Shown here piece by piece: positions 23,143 through 33,586 of a stretch of 64,000 nucleotides of DNA. Position numbers and translations under genes: made by a program. The DNA lies in NCBI GenBank assembly GCA_001916035.1, contig MNRQ01000020.1, positions 5,819 to 69,818 of the forward strand. Direction: 5' to 3'. The notes beneath the pieces were generated by a model. The model did not search any database. It was not told where the DNA came from and saw only the letters and a list, made by a program, of their open reading frames with translations. Each line of letters begins with the position of its first letter. The stretch's first letter is position 1. Source of the stretch: Clostridium sp. 27_14 (GTDB lineage Bacteria; Bacillota; Clostridia; TANB77; CAG-508).

Positions 23143-23745
23143 TCAATTAGCCAACATTCCAAGTCCTTTTCTTATCAAATCTTCTGTTGATAAATCTTTT
23201 TTATCTAATTTCATAAATACTTTTTCTATTTCTTTTTTATTATACCCTAACACTTGTAAAGCTGAAATTGCTTCATCAACTTTGTTACTATCTACTACAG
23301 CTTCTTTAACTTTTAAATTCTTTGTTTTTGTAACTGCATTCTCTTTTTTCATTTTATCCTTAAGCTCTAAAATTATTCTTTGTGCAGATTTTGCACCTAT
23401 TCCAGGTATTTTAGTTAAATAAGAAACATCATCTGAAATAACCGCTATTGCAAATTCTGAAGGTTCTGTCACTGCAATTATTGTTAAAGCCGTTTTAGCT
23501 CCTACACCACTTACAGATAATATTAATTCAAACATTCTTAATTCTTCATTTGTATTAAATCCAAATATACTTATATCATCTTCTCTAACTCTGTAATATG
23601 TATATACTTTTACTTTATCACCTATATTGCCTAATTTTTCCATTCCTATTGCAGACATATACACTTTATAGCCTAATCCTCCTACATCTATTACAACATA
23701 ATCTGTCATTTTTATTTCTAAAGTTCCTTTTATATATGCTAACAT
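23143..23745 (-). CDS. ruvA: Holliday junction branch migration complex subunit RuvA
   Basis: MLAYIKGTLEIKMTDYVVIDVGGLGYKVY..., helix-hairpin-helix motifs (ILSVSGVGAKTALTI, LTKIPGIGAKSAQRIILELK), 200 aa. Followed by rarA rather than ruvB. Confidence 0.9.
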   Translation of the reverse strand: MLAYIKGTLEIKMTDYVVIDVGGLGYKVYMSAIGMEKLGNIGDKVKVYTYYRVREDDISIFGFNTNEELRMFELILSVSGVGAKTALTIIAVTEPSEFAIAVISDDVSYLTKIPGIGAKSAQRIILELKDKMKKENAVTKTKNLKVKEAVVDSNKVDEAISALQVLGYNKKEIEKVFMKLDKKDLSTEDLIRKGLGMLAN

Positions 23746-23788
23746 TTTTCACCTTATCCTTTTCTTTTTTTATTAACATTTTTTATCA

Positions 23789-24343
23789 CTATATATTATA
23801 AAAATATGTAGACTCCAAATCTGCTTCATGCACTAATAAAGCTAGTGGATATTTTTTATAAGCCAATCCAATTGTTGTATATTGTTCCTTTGGTTCTGTA
23901 AATCCCATGTGCCATCTTATACAATATTTTTCCTCTGGTGTTAATTTCATATATTCTGTTATCATCATTACTGATTTTTCCCCATGTCCATAAGGTATTG
24001 TATCATCTATAGCATAATATGGTACTTTTTCCCATACACCTAAAGCATTTTTTGCATTTCTATAATCAACTTTATAAAAATTTGCCTTACACAAATCATG
24101 TAATAAAGCTATTATTATCAATGATTCTTCGGAAACTTGTAATGGTTCCATATTTGTTTCAACTTTATGCTTTAATATTTCATATACCTTTAAACTATGT
24201 TCAACAAGTCCACCTTCATAATTTCCATGAAATCTTGTACTTGCTGGTGCTTTAAAAAAATCTGTTTTTTCTATAAAATCTATTAAATCATTTATTCCTT
24301 CTCTATTTACTGTTTTTAATAGTTCTAAAAATTTTTCCTTCAT
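23789..24343 (-). CDS. HD-domain phosphohydrolase
   Basis: STRFHGNYEGGLVEHSL...LLHDLCK is the HD signature. Confidence 0.7.
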   Translation of the reverse strand: MKEKFLELLKTVNREGINDLIDFIEKTDFFKAPASTRFHGNYEGGLVEHSLKVYEILKHKVETNMEPLQVSEESLIIIALLHDLCKANFYKVDYRNAKNALGVWEKVPYYAIDDTIPYGHGEKSVMMITEYMKLTPEEKYCIRWHMGFTEPKEQYTTIGLAYKKYPLALLVHEADLESTYFYNI

Positions 24344-24370
24344 TTTAAAAAATCATTCCTTCCCAAATTG

Positions 24371-25123
24371 CTAATTTACTGTAATAGTTTTTGTTCCTAA
24401 ATCAACTTCGTCACCAAATCCAACCTTTATTTGATATGTTCCTGCACTTGTAACATAAAAACTCAAATCATTTGCCTCATGCCATGTTGATTCACTTTGT
24501 AATTTATATTTAATTTGCCAGTTTGAAACATATTTTTCATGATTTACTTTGATTGTTATTTTATATTGCGAATTTTCTTTTGTACTAGTAACTGTAAAAC
24601 TACCTGTTGAAGAAATCTGATTATTATATGTAACATTATACAAAGAATTTTGCATTTGTTCTAACATATAATAATCGACATCTTGATAGCTATACTTTTT
24701 ATCAGCAACTACTATTCTTTCACTTAAATTCACAATATAATCCCTTTTCACATTTTCTATTCCTAATTCTTGTTTTATATAGTCTTGTGTGCATAAACGA
24801 AAACCATTTTTTATTGCTTCTAATTTTGTTGTATCATTTCCTGCCTTCTTTTTTAATTGTTCTTCTACTTCTGTTGTATTTAAGATTTCCTGCTCATTTG
24901 TACCTATATCTGTTCCTAATGTTTTATTTTCTTCTTCATAAATATCTCCTATTTCATTTATCTTTGCTTGCATTACTTTTAATTCAGTTTGCAATTCAGT
25001 GTATTTTGCACTTCGTATACTACCAACTCCTGTTGTTACTGATATACCAGATATTATTGATAAAACTATAACTGCAATTACTAAACTTAGTAATGTTACA
25101 CCCTTTTCATTTTTCATCTTCAT
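24371..25123 (-). CDS. prepilin-like N-terminal-domain protein (atypical), function unknown
   Basis: MKMKNEKG|VTLLSLVIAVIVLSIISGI resembles a class III (type IV pilin) leader, but with Val at +1 and Ser instead of Glu at +5. The C-terminal domain is beta-rich. Confidence 0.35.
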   Translation of the reverse strand: MKMKNEKGVTLLSLVIAVIVLSIISGISVTTGVGSIRSAKYTELQTELKVMQAKINEIGDIYEEENKTLGTDIGTNEQEILNTTEVEEQLKKKAGNDTTKLEAIKNGFRLCTQDYIKQELGIENVKRDYIVNLSERIVVADKKYSYQDVDYYMLEQMQNSLYNVTYNNQISSTGSFTVTSTKENSQYKITIKVNHEKYVSNWQIKYKLQSESTWHEANDLSFYVTSAGTYQIKVGFGDEVDLGTKTITVN

Positions 25124-25315
25124 TTGTTTTCGTATGACATTACTCAGTCATACTCTCCTTTCTTTCACTTTTTCATGTCCTAATTTTACTATATAATTTT
25201 TGAAATTGCAAGGTTTTTATTATAAACAATTACATTAAAATTTATTGACTATTTAGCAAATTTGAGGTATTATATATATACTTAAATTTTATAAAGAAAT
25301 GAGGAAAACAAAACT

Positions 25316-27706
25316 ATGTTATGTTCAAAATGTAATAAAAATCCTGCCATCTTATTTTTTGAAAAAAGCGATGAAAAAGGAAACAATAAAAAACTTGAAG
25401 GATTATGCTATAATTGTGCAAAAAAACAAGGAATTGATCCTTTAGAAACTTTATATAGGCAAAATGATGTATTAGCACATGACCCTGTAAGTATGGAAGA
25501 AATGAAAAAACAATTTGAAAATATTTTCAAAGATTTTGCTGAAAATATATCATTAGATGACATCAACAAAATTGACGGAGCCTTCACATTTGGCACAGAC
25601 AACATAGACGAAGAAGATTTAGATGATAGTGAAAAGCCACATATTGCAGGAGCCGCCATTCCTTTAGGTAGTATATTTTCAAGTCTTCTTAATGGAGACG
25701 ATGATCCAAACTTAGAATCTCAAGAAGAACTTGCATCACAAAGTAATTCAAGAAAAAAAATAAAAGTTGAAAAAAAGAAAAATCAAAAACAAAACAAAAA
25801 GAAAAAATATCTTGATACCTATGGAACTAACCTAACAAATAAAGCCAAAAATGGTGAGCTTGATATGGTTATAGGTAGAGACAAAGAAATACAAAGAATA
25901 ATACAAATTTTAAATAGACGTTCTAAAAATAACCCATGCCTAATTGGTGAACCTGGTGTTGGTAAAACAGCTATTGCTCAAGGTTTAGCAATAAAAATAG
26001 CAAATCAAAATGTACCTGCAAAACTATTAAACAAAGAAGTATATTTATTAGACATGACTTCTGTTATAGCTGGTACACAATTTAGAGGTCAATTCGAATC
26101 TCGTATGAAAGGCATTATAGATGAATGTAAACAATATGGAAATATAATTCTAGTAATAGATGAAATACACAATATAATAGGTGCAGGTGATGGCGAACAT
26201 TCTATGAATGCAGCAAACATTTTAAAACCAGCACTTTCTAATGGAGAAATTCAACTAATAGGAACAACTACTCTAAAAGAATATCGTAAATATATAGAAA
26301 AAGATTCTGCACTAGAACGTCGTTTTCAACAAGTTTTAATAGAAGAACCAAACACTGATGACTCTATAAAAATCCTAGAAGGAATCAAAAAATATTATGA
26401 AGAATACCATAAAGTAAAAATTTCTAATGATGTAATAAAACAAGCAGTTATAATGTCAGAAAAATACATTCATGATAGATTTTTGCCAGACAAAGCAATT
26501 GATATTTTAGATGAAGCATGTTCTCGCATCAATTTAGAAAATAAAGACTTATACAAATTAGAAATGCTAAAAAAAGAATTATCAGAAGTTCAAGCAGAAA
26601 AAGAAGAAGTAATTGCTGCTGATTCCACAGAAGACTACCAAAAAGCAGCTGATTTAAAAACACGTGAATGTCAATTAATCGAAAAAATAGATGACTTAAA
26701 CAAAAAAATGAAACTAAAAAACTTAACAGTACAAGATATCGCCACAGTTATAGAAAGCTGGACAAAAATCCCAGTTAAAAAAATAACTGAAGAAGAAACT
26801 CAAAAACTATTAAATTTAGAAACAAACTTGCATAAAAGAGTTATTGGTCAAGATCAAGCCGTTAGTGTTGTATCAAGAGCAATCCGCAGAAATCGTGCTG
26901 GATTACAAAGTACAAAAAGACCACCTTCTTTTATATTTGTTGGACCTACTGGTGTTGGTAAAACGGAATTAGCAAAAAGCCTTGCTTTCGAAATGTTTGG
27001 AAAAGAAGATTCTATGATTAGAATAGATATGTCTGAATACATGGAAAGTCACTCTACAGCTAAATTAATAGGTGCACCTCCAGGATATGTTGGATATGAT
27101 GATGCAGGACAATTAACTGAAAAAGTTAAAAGAAAACCTTATTCAATTATTCTATTAGATGAAATTGAAAAAGCCCATCCAGATGTATTCAATCTTTTAC
27201 TACAAGTTTTAGATGATGGAAAACTAACAGACAGTCAAGGAAATACTGTAAGTTTCGCAAATACTGTTATAATAATGACTTCAAATGCAGGCTCTAATTT
27301 AAATACTAATTCTATCGGATTTGGAAAACAAACTATTGATAAAGGAAAAATCGAAGATACTCTAAAATCTACTTTCAGACCTGAATTTCTAAACAGAATT
27401 GATGAAATAGTTGTTTTCGATTCTCTAACTGAAAACGAATTAATTCAAATTGTCGATTTAATGCTAAAAGATACTCAAAAAGCACTAAAAGAAAAAGACA
27501 TGAACTTAATTGTATCTGATACAGCAAAACATTTCATTTTAGAAAAAGGTACAAATATCAAATTTGGAGCAAGACCTTTAAGAAGAGCTATACAACGTTA
27601 TATTGAAGATGAAATATCAGAAAAAATTCTAAGAGGTGAATTTTCAAATGGTCAAACAATTAATGTTGATTTTATAGATGATCATTTAACTTTTGAAGCA
27701 AAATAA
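25316..27706 (+). CDS. clpE: Clp/Hsp100 ATPase of the ClpE type (N-terminal zinc-ribbon, two AAA+ modules)
   Basis: N-terminus CSKC...(22 aa)...CYNC as in ClpE. Walker A GEPGVGKTA and GPTGVGKTE. IGFG ClpP-docking loop (NSIGFGKQ). Confidence 0.8.
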   Translation: MLCSKCNKNPAILFFEKSDEKGNNKKLEGLCYNCAKKQGIDPLETLYRQNDVLAHDPVSMEEMKKQFENIFKDFAENISLDDINKIDGAFTFGTDNIDEEDLDDSEKPHIAGAAIPLGSIFSSLLNGDDDPNLESQEELASQSNSRKKIKVEKKKNQKQNKKKKYLDTYGTNLTNKAKNGELDMVIGRDKEIQRIIQILNRRSKNNPCLIGEPGVGKTAIAQGLAIKIANQNVPAKLLNKEVYLLDMTSVIAGTQFRGQFESRMKGIIDECKQYGNIILVIDEIHNIIGAGDGEHSMNAANILKPALSNGEIQLIGTTTLKEYRKYIEKDSALERRFQQVLIEEPNTDDSIKILEGIKKYYEEYHKVKISNDVIKQAVIMSEKYIHDRFLPDKAIDILDEACSRINLENKDLYKLEMLKKELSEVQAEKEEVIAADSTEDYQKAADLKTRECQLIEKIDDLNKKMKLKNLTVQDIATVIESWTKIPVKKITEEETQKLLNLETNLHKRVIGQDQAVSVVSRAIRRNRAGLQSTKRPPSFIFVGPTGVGKTELAKSLAFEMFGKEDSMIRIDMSEYMESHSTAKLIGAPPGYVGYDDAGQLTEKVKRKPYSIILLDEIEKAHPDVFNLLLQVLDDGKLTDSQGNTVSFANTVIIMTSNAGSNLNTNSIGFGKQTIDKGKIEDTLKSTFRPEFLNRIDEIVVFDSLTENELIQIVDLMLKDTQKALKEKDMNLIVSDTAKHFILEKGTNIKFGARPLRRAIQRYIEDEISEKILRGEFSNGQTINVDFIDDHLTFEAK

Positions 27707-27740
27707 ATAATTTATAAAGTTTGAAAGGATGTAATTAAAC

Positions 27741-28355
27741 ATGCAAAAAAACATACCAAATATTCTAACTATTTTGAGGTTTATCCTCATACCCGTTATT
27801 TTATATTTTATTTTTACAGGACATTATCTATTAGGTTTTATATTTTTTACAATCTCTGGAATTACTGATATTTTAGATGGTGCAATTGCAAGAAAATTTA
27901 ACCTTATTACTAATTTTGGTAAATTAATGGACCCTTTAGCTGACAAACTTACTCAGATTTCTGTTTTAGCAACACTTGTTTTCCAAAAAATCATACCTTT
28001 TTGGATTCTTATAATTGTACTTTTAAAAGAACTTTTAATGATTATCGGAGCATCTTTCCTTTATGGTAAAGATGTAGTAGTATACAGCAAATGGTTTGGA
28101 AAATTAGCTACTGTACTTTTCTATTTAGCAATTGTATGTTCTTTAATTATTAAAGAATTTGCTCTTACAGGAATCTGGCAAAACTTAGACTTTATTCTTT
28201 ATTGCATTGCTGTTATAGCAACTATATTCTCTTTTATTATGTATGTTAAATACTTATATAAAGACGGATTTATAAATAAAAGTGATTTAAAAAAAGAAAA
28301 ACAACCAGTTATTATCAATAAGAAAAATACACAAAAAAAATCTAATACTAAATAA
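27741..28355 (+). CDS. pgsA: CDP-diacylglycerol--glycerol-3-phosphate 3-phosphatidyltransferase
   Basis: CDP-alcohol phosphatidyltransferase motif DILDGAIARKFNLITNFGKLMDPLADK. Lys-rich C-terminal tail. Confidence 0.8.
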   Translation: MQKNIPNILTILRFILIPVILYFIFTGHYLLGFIFFTISGITDILDGAIARKFNLITNFGKLMDPLADKLTQISVLATLVFQKIIPFWILIIVLLKELLMIIGASFLYGKDVVVYSKWFGKLATVLFYLAIVCSLIIKEFALTGIWQNLDFILYCIAVIATIFSFIMYVKYLYKDGFINKSDLKKEKQPVIINKKNTQKKSNTK

Positions 28356-28382
28356 ATATTTTTATACATTATTATTTATTTG

Positions 28383-28458
28383 TACGCGAAATTTGTTAAA
28401 CCAAATTTCGCATTTTTAATATTATAGGAATGTTCATCGAACTTCCTATAATATTAAA
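28383..28458 (+). repeat. partial copy of the intergenic repeat (modules 2-3)
   Basis: cgcgaaatttgttaaaccaaatttcgc hairpin followed by the tattataggaatgttcatcgaacttcctataata hairpin. Confidence 0.7.
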
Positions 28459-28489
28459 TCTAACAATACACACTAACCCAATCTCTCTT

Positions 28490-29119
28490 TTACTCATAAT
28501 CTTCTATTATCTGGCTCAAATTCTCCTTACCATAAACTTTTAAACCTTTTTCAATATCAATTTTATCTGTTTCTGTTAAATATTCTATAGATATATCTGT
28601 TTTTTCAAATTCTTTTTCTTCCCCATTTTCATTTAACAAATTCACTACAACTTTACCATCCACATCTCTCAATATATAATGTTCTCCACACTCTCCACTC
28701 TCTGATTTCAAAAGTACAAGTTCATTAGAATCAAATTCTTTAACAGCCCAATCCGGATACAATTCATTTATATCCCTTTCAGTTTTATTAACCAAATCTT
28801 GAGTAATATTTTTATACTGTCTTGAAACATGTCCACATTTCTCATATTTAGTTTCATAAACCACACTTGCATTAGGAGATAAACGTACACTTTCCTGACT
28901 ACTAGCCTGAATATTCTCCTGCTCCAAACTATTCAACTCATTCCACTGTTCTGTACAATCATCTTCTATAATTTCAGCCAAACTATCCATCTTTGCTTGC
29001 TCAGAACTATGATTATTTTTTTTATACATTTTACTACCAGCATAAATTGCACACACTACAACACTTAATCCAGCCAATACTATAAAAAAATTTTTCACCA
29101 CTAACACCTTTCCTTTCAT
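28490..29119 (-). CDS. membrane-anchored BofC C-terminal-domain-like protein
   Basis: N-terminal TM. C-terminal GECGEHYILRDVDGKVVVNLLNENGEEKEFEKTDISIEYLTETDKIDIEKGLKVYGKENLSQIIEDY resembles the BofC_C-type module common in sporeformers. Confidence 0.4.
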   Translation of the reverse strand: MKGKVLVVKNFFIVLAGLSVVVCAIYAGSKMYKKNNHSSEQAKMDSLAEIIEDDCTEQWNELNSLEQENIQASSQESVRLSPNASVVYETKYEKCGHVSRQYKNITQDLVNKTERDINELYPDWAVKEFDSNELVLLKSESGECGEHYILRDVDGKVVVNLLNENGEEKEFEKTDISIEYLTETDKIDIEKGLKVYGKENLSQIIEDYE

Positions 29120-29164
29120 AAACAAAGAACTCTTAATTATATTTTATATATTAATAAAATTGCA

Positions 29165-29272
29165 GAACAAAAGCGGACATTAATAACATTTGCACTTATT
29201 TAGACATTTTAAAGTCCGCGTCTTTGTTCGTGCGCGAAAATTTATGAAATAAATTTTCTGTGCATTGTTATT
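29165..29272 (+). repeat. intergenic repeat copy (modules 1-2)
   Basis: gaacaaaagcggacattaataacatttgcacttatttagacattttaaagtccgcgtctttgttcgtgcgcgaaaatttatgaaataaattttctgtgcattgttat. Near-identical to 33381-33490. Confidence 0.85.
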
Positions 29273-29305
29273 TTTGATTTATACTTTCAAATTTTAACAT
29301 TTATT

Positions 29306-31759
29306 TTAGTATGTACTTATTTCAACTCTTTTATTCACATTTATCGTTATTTCACCAAATTCATCTGTCCTATATATTTTTACATTCAAATCATTCAATT
29401 TTTTTATAGTCTCTTTTGAAGGATGTCCAAATTTATTATTTTTTCCAACACCAATTAAAGCATATTTCGGATTAACTGCATTCAAAAAATTAATATTTGT
29501 TGAAGTTTTAGAACCATGATGTGCTATTTTTAATACTGTTGAAGCCAAGTTTTTTCCATAAATTTGCAAAATTTTCTTTTCTGCTAGTTCTTCTATATCA
29601 CCTGTAAACAACATCGAAAAATTTTTATATTTTAACTTAAATACCAAAGAATTATTATTTATAGAATTCTCTAAAATCTTGTTTTTAGAATTTGGCCACA
29701 AAACCTCTAAGCATAAATTCTTCTCTATATTTATGTTATTTCCTGCTTCAACAAATTTCACAGCTATCTTTTTGTTTTTTGCAAGTACAATAATCTTTTT
29801 ATAATTATCACTTTCTTCATATTGTTTACCCATTATAACTGTTTTAATTTTTATCTTTTCCATCAAATAAATAATTCCATCACAATGATCCAAATCTGTA
29901 TGACTTATAATAACTACATCTATTTTTGTATACCCTCTATCTAAAACATAAGGTAACAATATATTTTTTCCAACATTAGAATATGCATTCCCTCCACCAT
30001 CTATCAAAATAGATTTTCCATTTGGAGTAACTATAAATGTGCTATCACCTTGATTAACATCTATAAAATGAATACTTAAATCTTTAGGCACTATTTTAAT
30101 AACAATTATAAAAATCATCAAAATAACACTCAATATTTTACTCACAATTTTCTTGTTATCAGAAAATCTATACTTTATATAAAACTTTAGCATTGCTATT
30201 ATATTTCTAAATCTCTTTACAGTTGGGAGTATTTTAGGAGTTTTATACATATAAAAAACAGCAAAAAAACTAATTATAAAAAGAAAATAAAAAAATATTT
30301 GAATACAGTTTGGCGTTGCCACATATATACTTGAATATGGCAATTTTGAAACTTTTGATATAAAAATTAATATTCTTAAAACTATTTGTAAAATTAATGA
30401 AAATATTTTTGTGAATTTGATATTAAAGATAATACTTATTAAAAATATAAAACAAAAAATCATTATTGGACCTATTATAAATCCTATAATAACATTACTT
30501 AGAATAAAATATACATTTATTATATTAAAATGTACCAAACTGATTGGTAATATTACTAATTGTGCTGAAATTGTTACAGATAAAATATCAACTATTCTTT
30601 TTGAATTTATAACTTTTTCTAAAAAATTTTTTGAAATAAAATTTTGAAATAAAACTATTCCTAATGTTCCTCCAAATGAAAACTGAAAACTTAAATCTAA
30701 TATTATATATGGATTTCTAATTAGTATTAATAACACAGCAATTGATAAACTTGTTAATATATCATTACATTTATAAAATATTTTTGAGCATATTAATATT
30801 ATCCCCATAATTCCAGCCCTTACAATTGAAGCCGAAAATCCAGTTAAAAACATATATAACACTATTAAAATTATTGACATATAATATGATTGTCTTTTTC
30901 CTAAAATTTTTCCGAACACATACGTAGAAAATAAAATCAAATATGACATATGCATTCCAGAAACAGCTAAAACATGAGACATATTAGCATTTCTAAAATC
31001 TTCCTTTACATCATCTGATATTCCCGAAGTATCACCAAACATTAAACCTATAAAAACACTTGATATTTCATTAGGCAATAATGTATTTGCTTTTTCCTTC
31101 AAAATTTCAAATAAACTTATACTCCTACATTCCAAATACTCTATTGGTGTTATTATTTTATTTTCAATTATCTTTACATTTGTTAATTTAAAATTGCCTA
31201 TTATCCCTTTAGTTTTTAAATACAATTTATAATCAAAACCTTTATAATTTCTTCTACTTGCCGGTTCTTCAAATTTACCCTCTAATTTTATTATATCCCC
31301 ATATTTCATTGTAATTTTGTTATTACTTTTCTGATATACATATATATTTTTTTTATTAAACTTATATTCATTTCCATTTTGTATAATTGATTGTATTTTT
31401 ACTTTATATATTTTACCATATTCATTTGATTTTTTTTCTCTCTCAACCTTACCTATCAACATTACATTTTCCACTTTTAATAATTTATCTTGAACATTTT
31501 CATACTCTTTTTCATTAAAATATATAACTCCACTTCCTATCACTGCTGAAATTGTTAAAATTAATATGGTTTTATGATTAATATATAATCGTATATATCT
31601 ACTATATCTTTTTAACCTTCTCATCTTATTTTCATTAAATTTCAATAAGATTATTATAGCAATAAATATCAAAAAAAGAACTATACCTATCTGTAAGTAT
31701 AGTCCCCCTAATATACCTATTATATAACCTATTGCTACAATTAAAATCGGTCTTTTCAA
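29306..31759 (-). CDS. comEC: DNA internalization competence protein ComEC/Rec2
   Basis: 817 aa. OB-like N-terminal region, a polytopic competence domain, and a C-terminal metallo-beta-lactamase domain (VIISHTDLDHCDG). Confidence 0.85.
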   Translation of the reverse strand: MKRPILIVAIGYIIGILGGLYLQIGIVLFLIFIAIIILLKFNENKMRRLKRYSRYIRLYINHKTILILTISAVIGSGVIYFNEKEYENVQDKLLKVENVMLIGKVEREKKSNEYGKIYKVKIQSIIQNGNEYKFNKKNIYVYQKSNNKITMKYGDIIKLEGKFEEPASRRNYKGFDYKLYLKTKGIIGNFKLTNVKIIENKIITPIEYLECRSISLFEILKEKANTLLPNEISSVFIGLMFGDTSGISDDVKEDFRNANMSHVLAVSGMHMSYLILFSTYVFGKILGKRQSYYMSIILIVLYMFLTGFSASIVRAGIMGIILICSKIFYKCNDILTSLSIAVLLILIRNPYIILDLSFQFSFGGTLGIVLFQNFISKNFLEKVINSKRIVDILSVTISAQLVILPISLVHFNIINVYFILSNVIIGFIIGPIMIFCFIFLISIIFNIKFTKIFSLILQIVLRILIFISKVSKLPYSSIYVATPNCIQIFFYFLFIISFFAVFYMYKTPKILPTVKRFRNIIAMLKFYIKYRFSDNKKIVSKILSVILMIFIIVIKIVPKDLSIHFIDVNQGDSTFIVTPNGKSILIDGGGNAYSNVGKNILLPYVLDRGYTKIDVVIISHTDLDHCDGIIYLMEKIKIKTVIMGKQYEESDNYKKIIVLAKNKKIAVKFVEAGNNINIEKNLCLEVLWPNSKNKILENSINNNSLVFKLKYKNFSMLFTGDIEELAEKKILQIYGKNLASTVLKIAHHGSKTSTNINFLNAVNPKYALIGVGKNNKFGHPSKETIKKLNDLNVKIYRTDEFGEITINVNKRVEISTY

Positions 31760-31784
31760 TGAAAAATTCCTCCTCTAATTATAA

Positions 31785-33263
31785 TTAATTTATAATTCTT
31801 CTACCTCCAGAAAATCCACCTGCTGCTTGCCCTAATGGTACAATACATACTGTTTTTCCTGGTCTTGGTGAATGTATTACATTACCACCACCAACATATA
31901 TTGCAACATGACCTCTATATATTACTAAATCTCCTGCTTGTAAGTTTGCTTTTGATACAGCTGTTCCTACTCCTGATTGACCTCCAGATGTACGTGGTAA
32001 TGATATTCCAAAATGTTTATATACATAAGACGTAAAACCTGAACAATCAAATCCAGTTGATGGAGATGATCCCCCATAAGTATATTTAGTTCCAATAAAT
32101 TGTTTTGCATATGCTACAACACTTGCACCTGTTCCAGTACTTGTTGCAGTTTGTGTTGATGTATTTGTACTTGTATTTGCTTTTGTTGTTTGTGCACTTT
32201 GAGTTTGTGTATTTGTATTTGTAGTTGTTGTTGCAGCTTTATTTGCTGTTGCTATTCTTGATTCTGTTGCACCTCTTGATGTTTCTTGTTTTGTTGCTGA
32301 CAATAGTGAAGATAAAATATATCCTTCTTTGCCATTTACACTTACTTTACTCCATCCATTTTCCTCTGATACAACTTCAACCTTTGTATTTATAGCCAAT
32401 TGAACTACTATTGTTGATGTTCTATCTGAACTACTTCTTAAATTTACTGTTTCTGTATTTATATACATTGTTTTTGAAGTTTGTTTAACTGTTTCTGTTT
32501 GAGTATTTTGCACTTGTTGAGTTTCTTGTACATTGCTTTGTTCTTGTTGTTGAACATTTTGATTAGAATTTTCTTGCTCAAGATTTTGCTCCGTACTTGT
32601 TTCTTGATTTTTACTAGTACTTTCTTGTGTTTTAGTTTCCACTTTTTCTAGCTTTTCTAATTTATCAGCTATTACCCAACCTTGTTTTCCTTGTACAGTT
32701 ACACATATCCAATTATTAATTGTATCTTTTACTTCTACTTCTGTATCCTTTTTTACATCTTCTAATTCTAATGCATTTATTAAAGGTATTACTTTTAGTT
32801 TTACATCTTCTTTTGTTTTATATTTTTCTACTGTATCTACTTCTATATCCTCTAATTTATTTGCTACTTCTACAGCTGTACTACTTCCTTCATTTACGCT
32901 ATTTTCTGATATTTGTACATTTTCTGTAACATTATTGGTCTTTGTTGTGTTTTCATTATCTGTTTTTGTTGTTTCATTATTTAGTTGTACTAAATCTTTT
33001 CTTAAATATCCTGTTATATTTTTGTACTTAACTTTATACCATTCTCCTTTTGTTTCTAAAACTTCTACACTTTCTCCTTTGTTTACTAAGTCTAATATCT
33101 TAGAGCCTGAATTCGTTGTTTCTCTAAGGTTTGCTGTGTCTACCGTTACTTTTGCAGTATTAGCTGCTAGACTGGTATTCATAAAAAATAAGCTAGTTGA
33201 TGTTATTATTATTGCTGTAATCCCTAATGTTAGCACATTTTTTATATTAAGTTTTATTTTCAT
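31785..33263 (-). CDS. secreted cell-wall hydrolase: SH3b repeats + NlpC/P60 endopeptidase
   Basis: Signal peptide MKIKLNIKNVLTLGITAIIITSTSLFFMNTSLAA. Three SH3b-like units (GEWYKVKYKNITGYL, NNWICVTVQGKQGWV, NGWSKVSVNGKEGYI). C-terminal YTYGGSSPSTGFDCSGF...GHVAIYVG. Start reset after the AAGGAGAAG RBS. Confidence 0.85.
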   Translation of the reverse strand: MKIKLNIKNVLTLGITAIIITSTSLFFMNTSLAANTAKVTVDTANLRETTNSGSKILDLVNKGESVEVLETKGEWYKVKYKNITGYLRKDLVQLNNETTKTDNENTTKTNNVTENVQISENSVNEGSSTAVEVANKLEDIEVDTVEKYKTKEDVKLKVIPLINALELEDVKKDTEVEVKDTINNWICVTVQGKQGWVIADKLEKLEKVETKTQESTSKNQETSTEQNLEQENSNQNVQQQEQSNVQETQQVQNTQTETVKQTSKTMYINTETVNLRSSSDRTSTIVVQLAINTKVEVVSEENGWSKVSVNGKEGYILSSLLSATKQETSRGATESRIATANKAATTTTNTNTQTQSAQTTKANTSTNTSTQTATSTGTGASVVAYAKQFIGTKYTYGGSSPSTGFDCSGFTSYVYKHFGISLPRTSGGQSGVGTAVSKANLQAGDLVIYRGHVAIYVGGGNVIHSPRPGKTVCIVPLGQAAGGFSGGRRIIN

Positions 33264-33380
33264 TTTTCTTCTCCTTATTTTATTATATTCATTTTTTGAA
33301 AGTACTTTTCCTAATATAACATATTTTTCTTTTTTTGTCAAATTTGCCTTGTTGAAGTACACATAAAATGTATATAAAAA

Positions 33381-33530
33381 GAACAAAAGCGGACATTAAT
33401 AGCATTTGCACTATTTAGAACATTTTAAAGTCCGCGTCTTTGTTCGCGCGCGAAAATTTATGAAATAAATTTTCTGTGCATTGTTATATGTAATATTCTA
33501 GGAAGTTCAGAGAACTTTCCTAGAATATTA
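33381..33530 (+). repeat. intergenic repeat, full copy (modules 1-2-3)
   Basis: Reference copy. Long imperfect hairpin gaacaaaagcggac...gtccgcgtctttgttc, then hairpin gcgcgaaaattta...taaattttctgtgc, then hairpin tattctaggaagttc agag aactttcctagaata. Confidence 0.85.
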
Positions 33531-33586
33531 CAATATCGTAAAATTATTAACATTAAATCCTTTATTAATAATTTTACGATTACACA

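Noticed and set aside
23120-23162. rarA start at 23162 overlapping the end of ruvA
   Set aside because: The extension MECWLIEMEGMNVK is not conserved-looking. The ATG at 23120 is preceded by GGAAGGAA and begins the conserved MVNQNEPLAYRVRPK.
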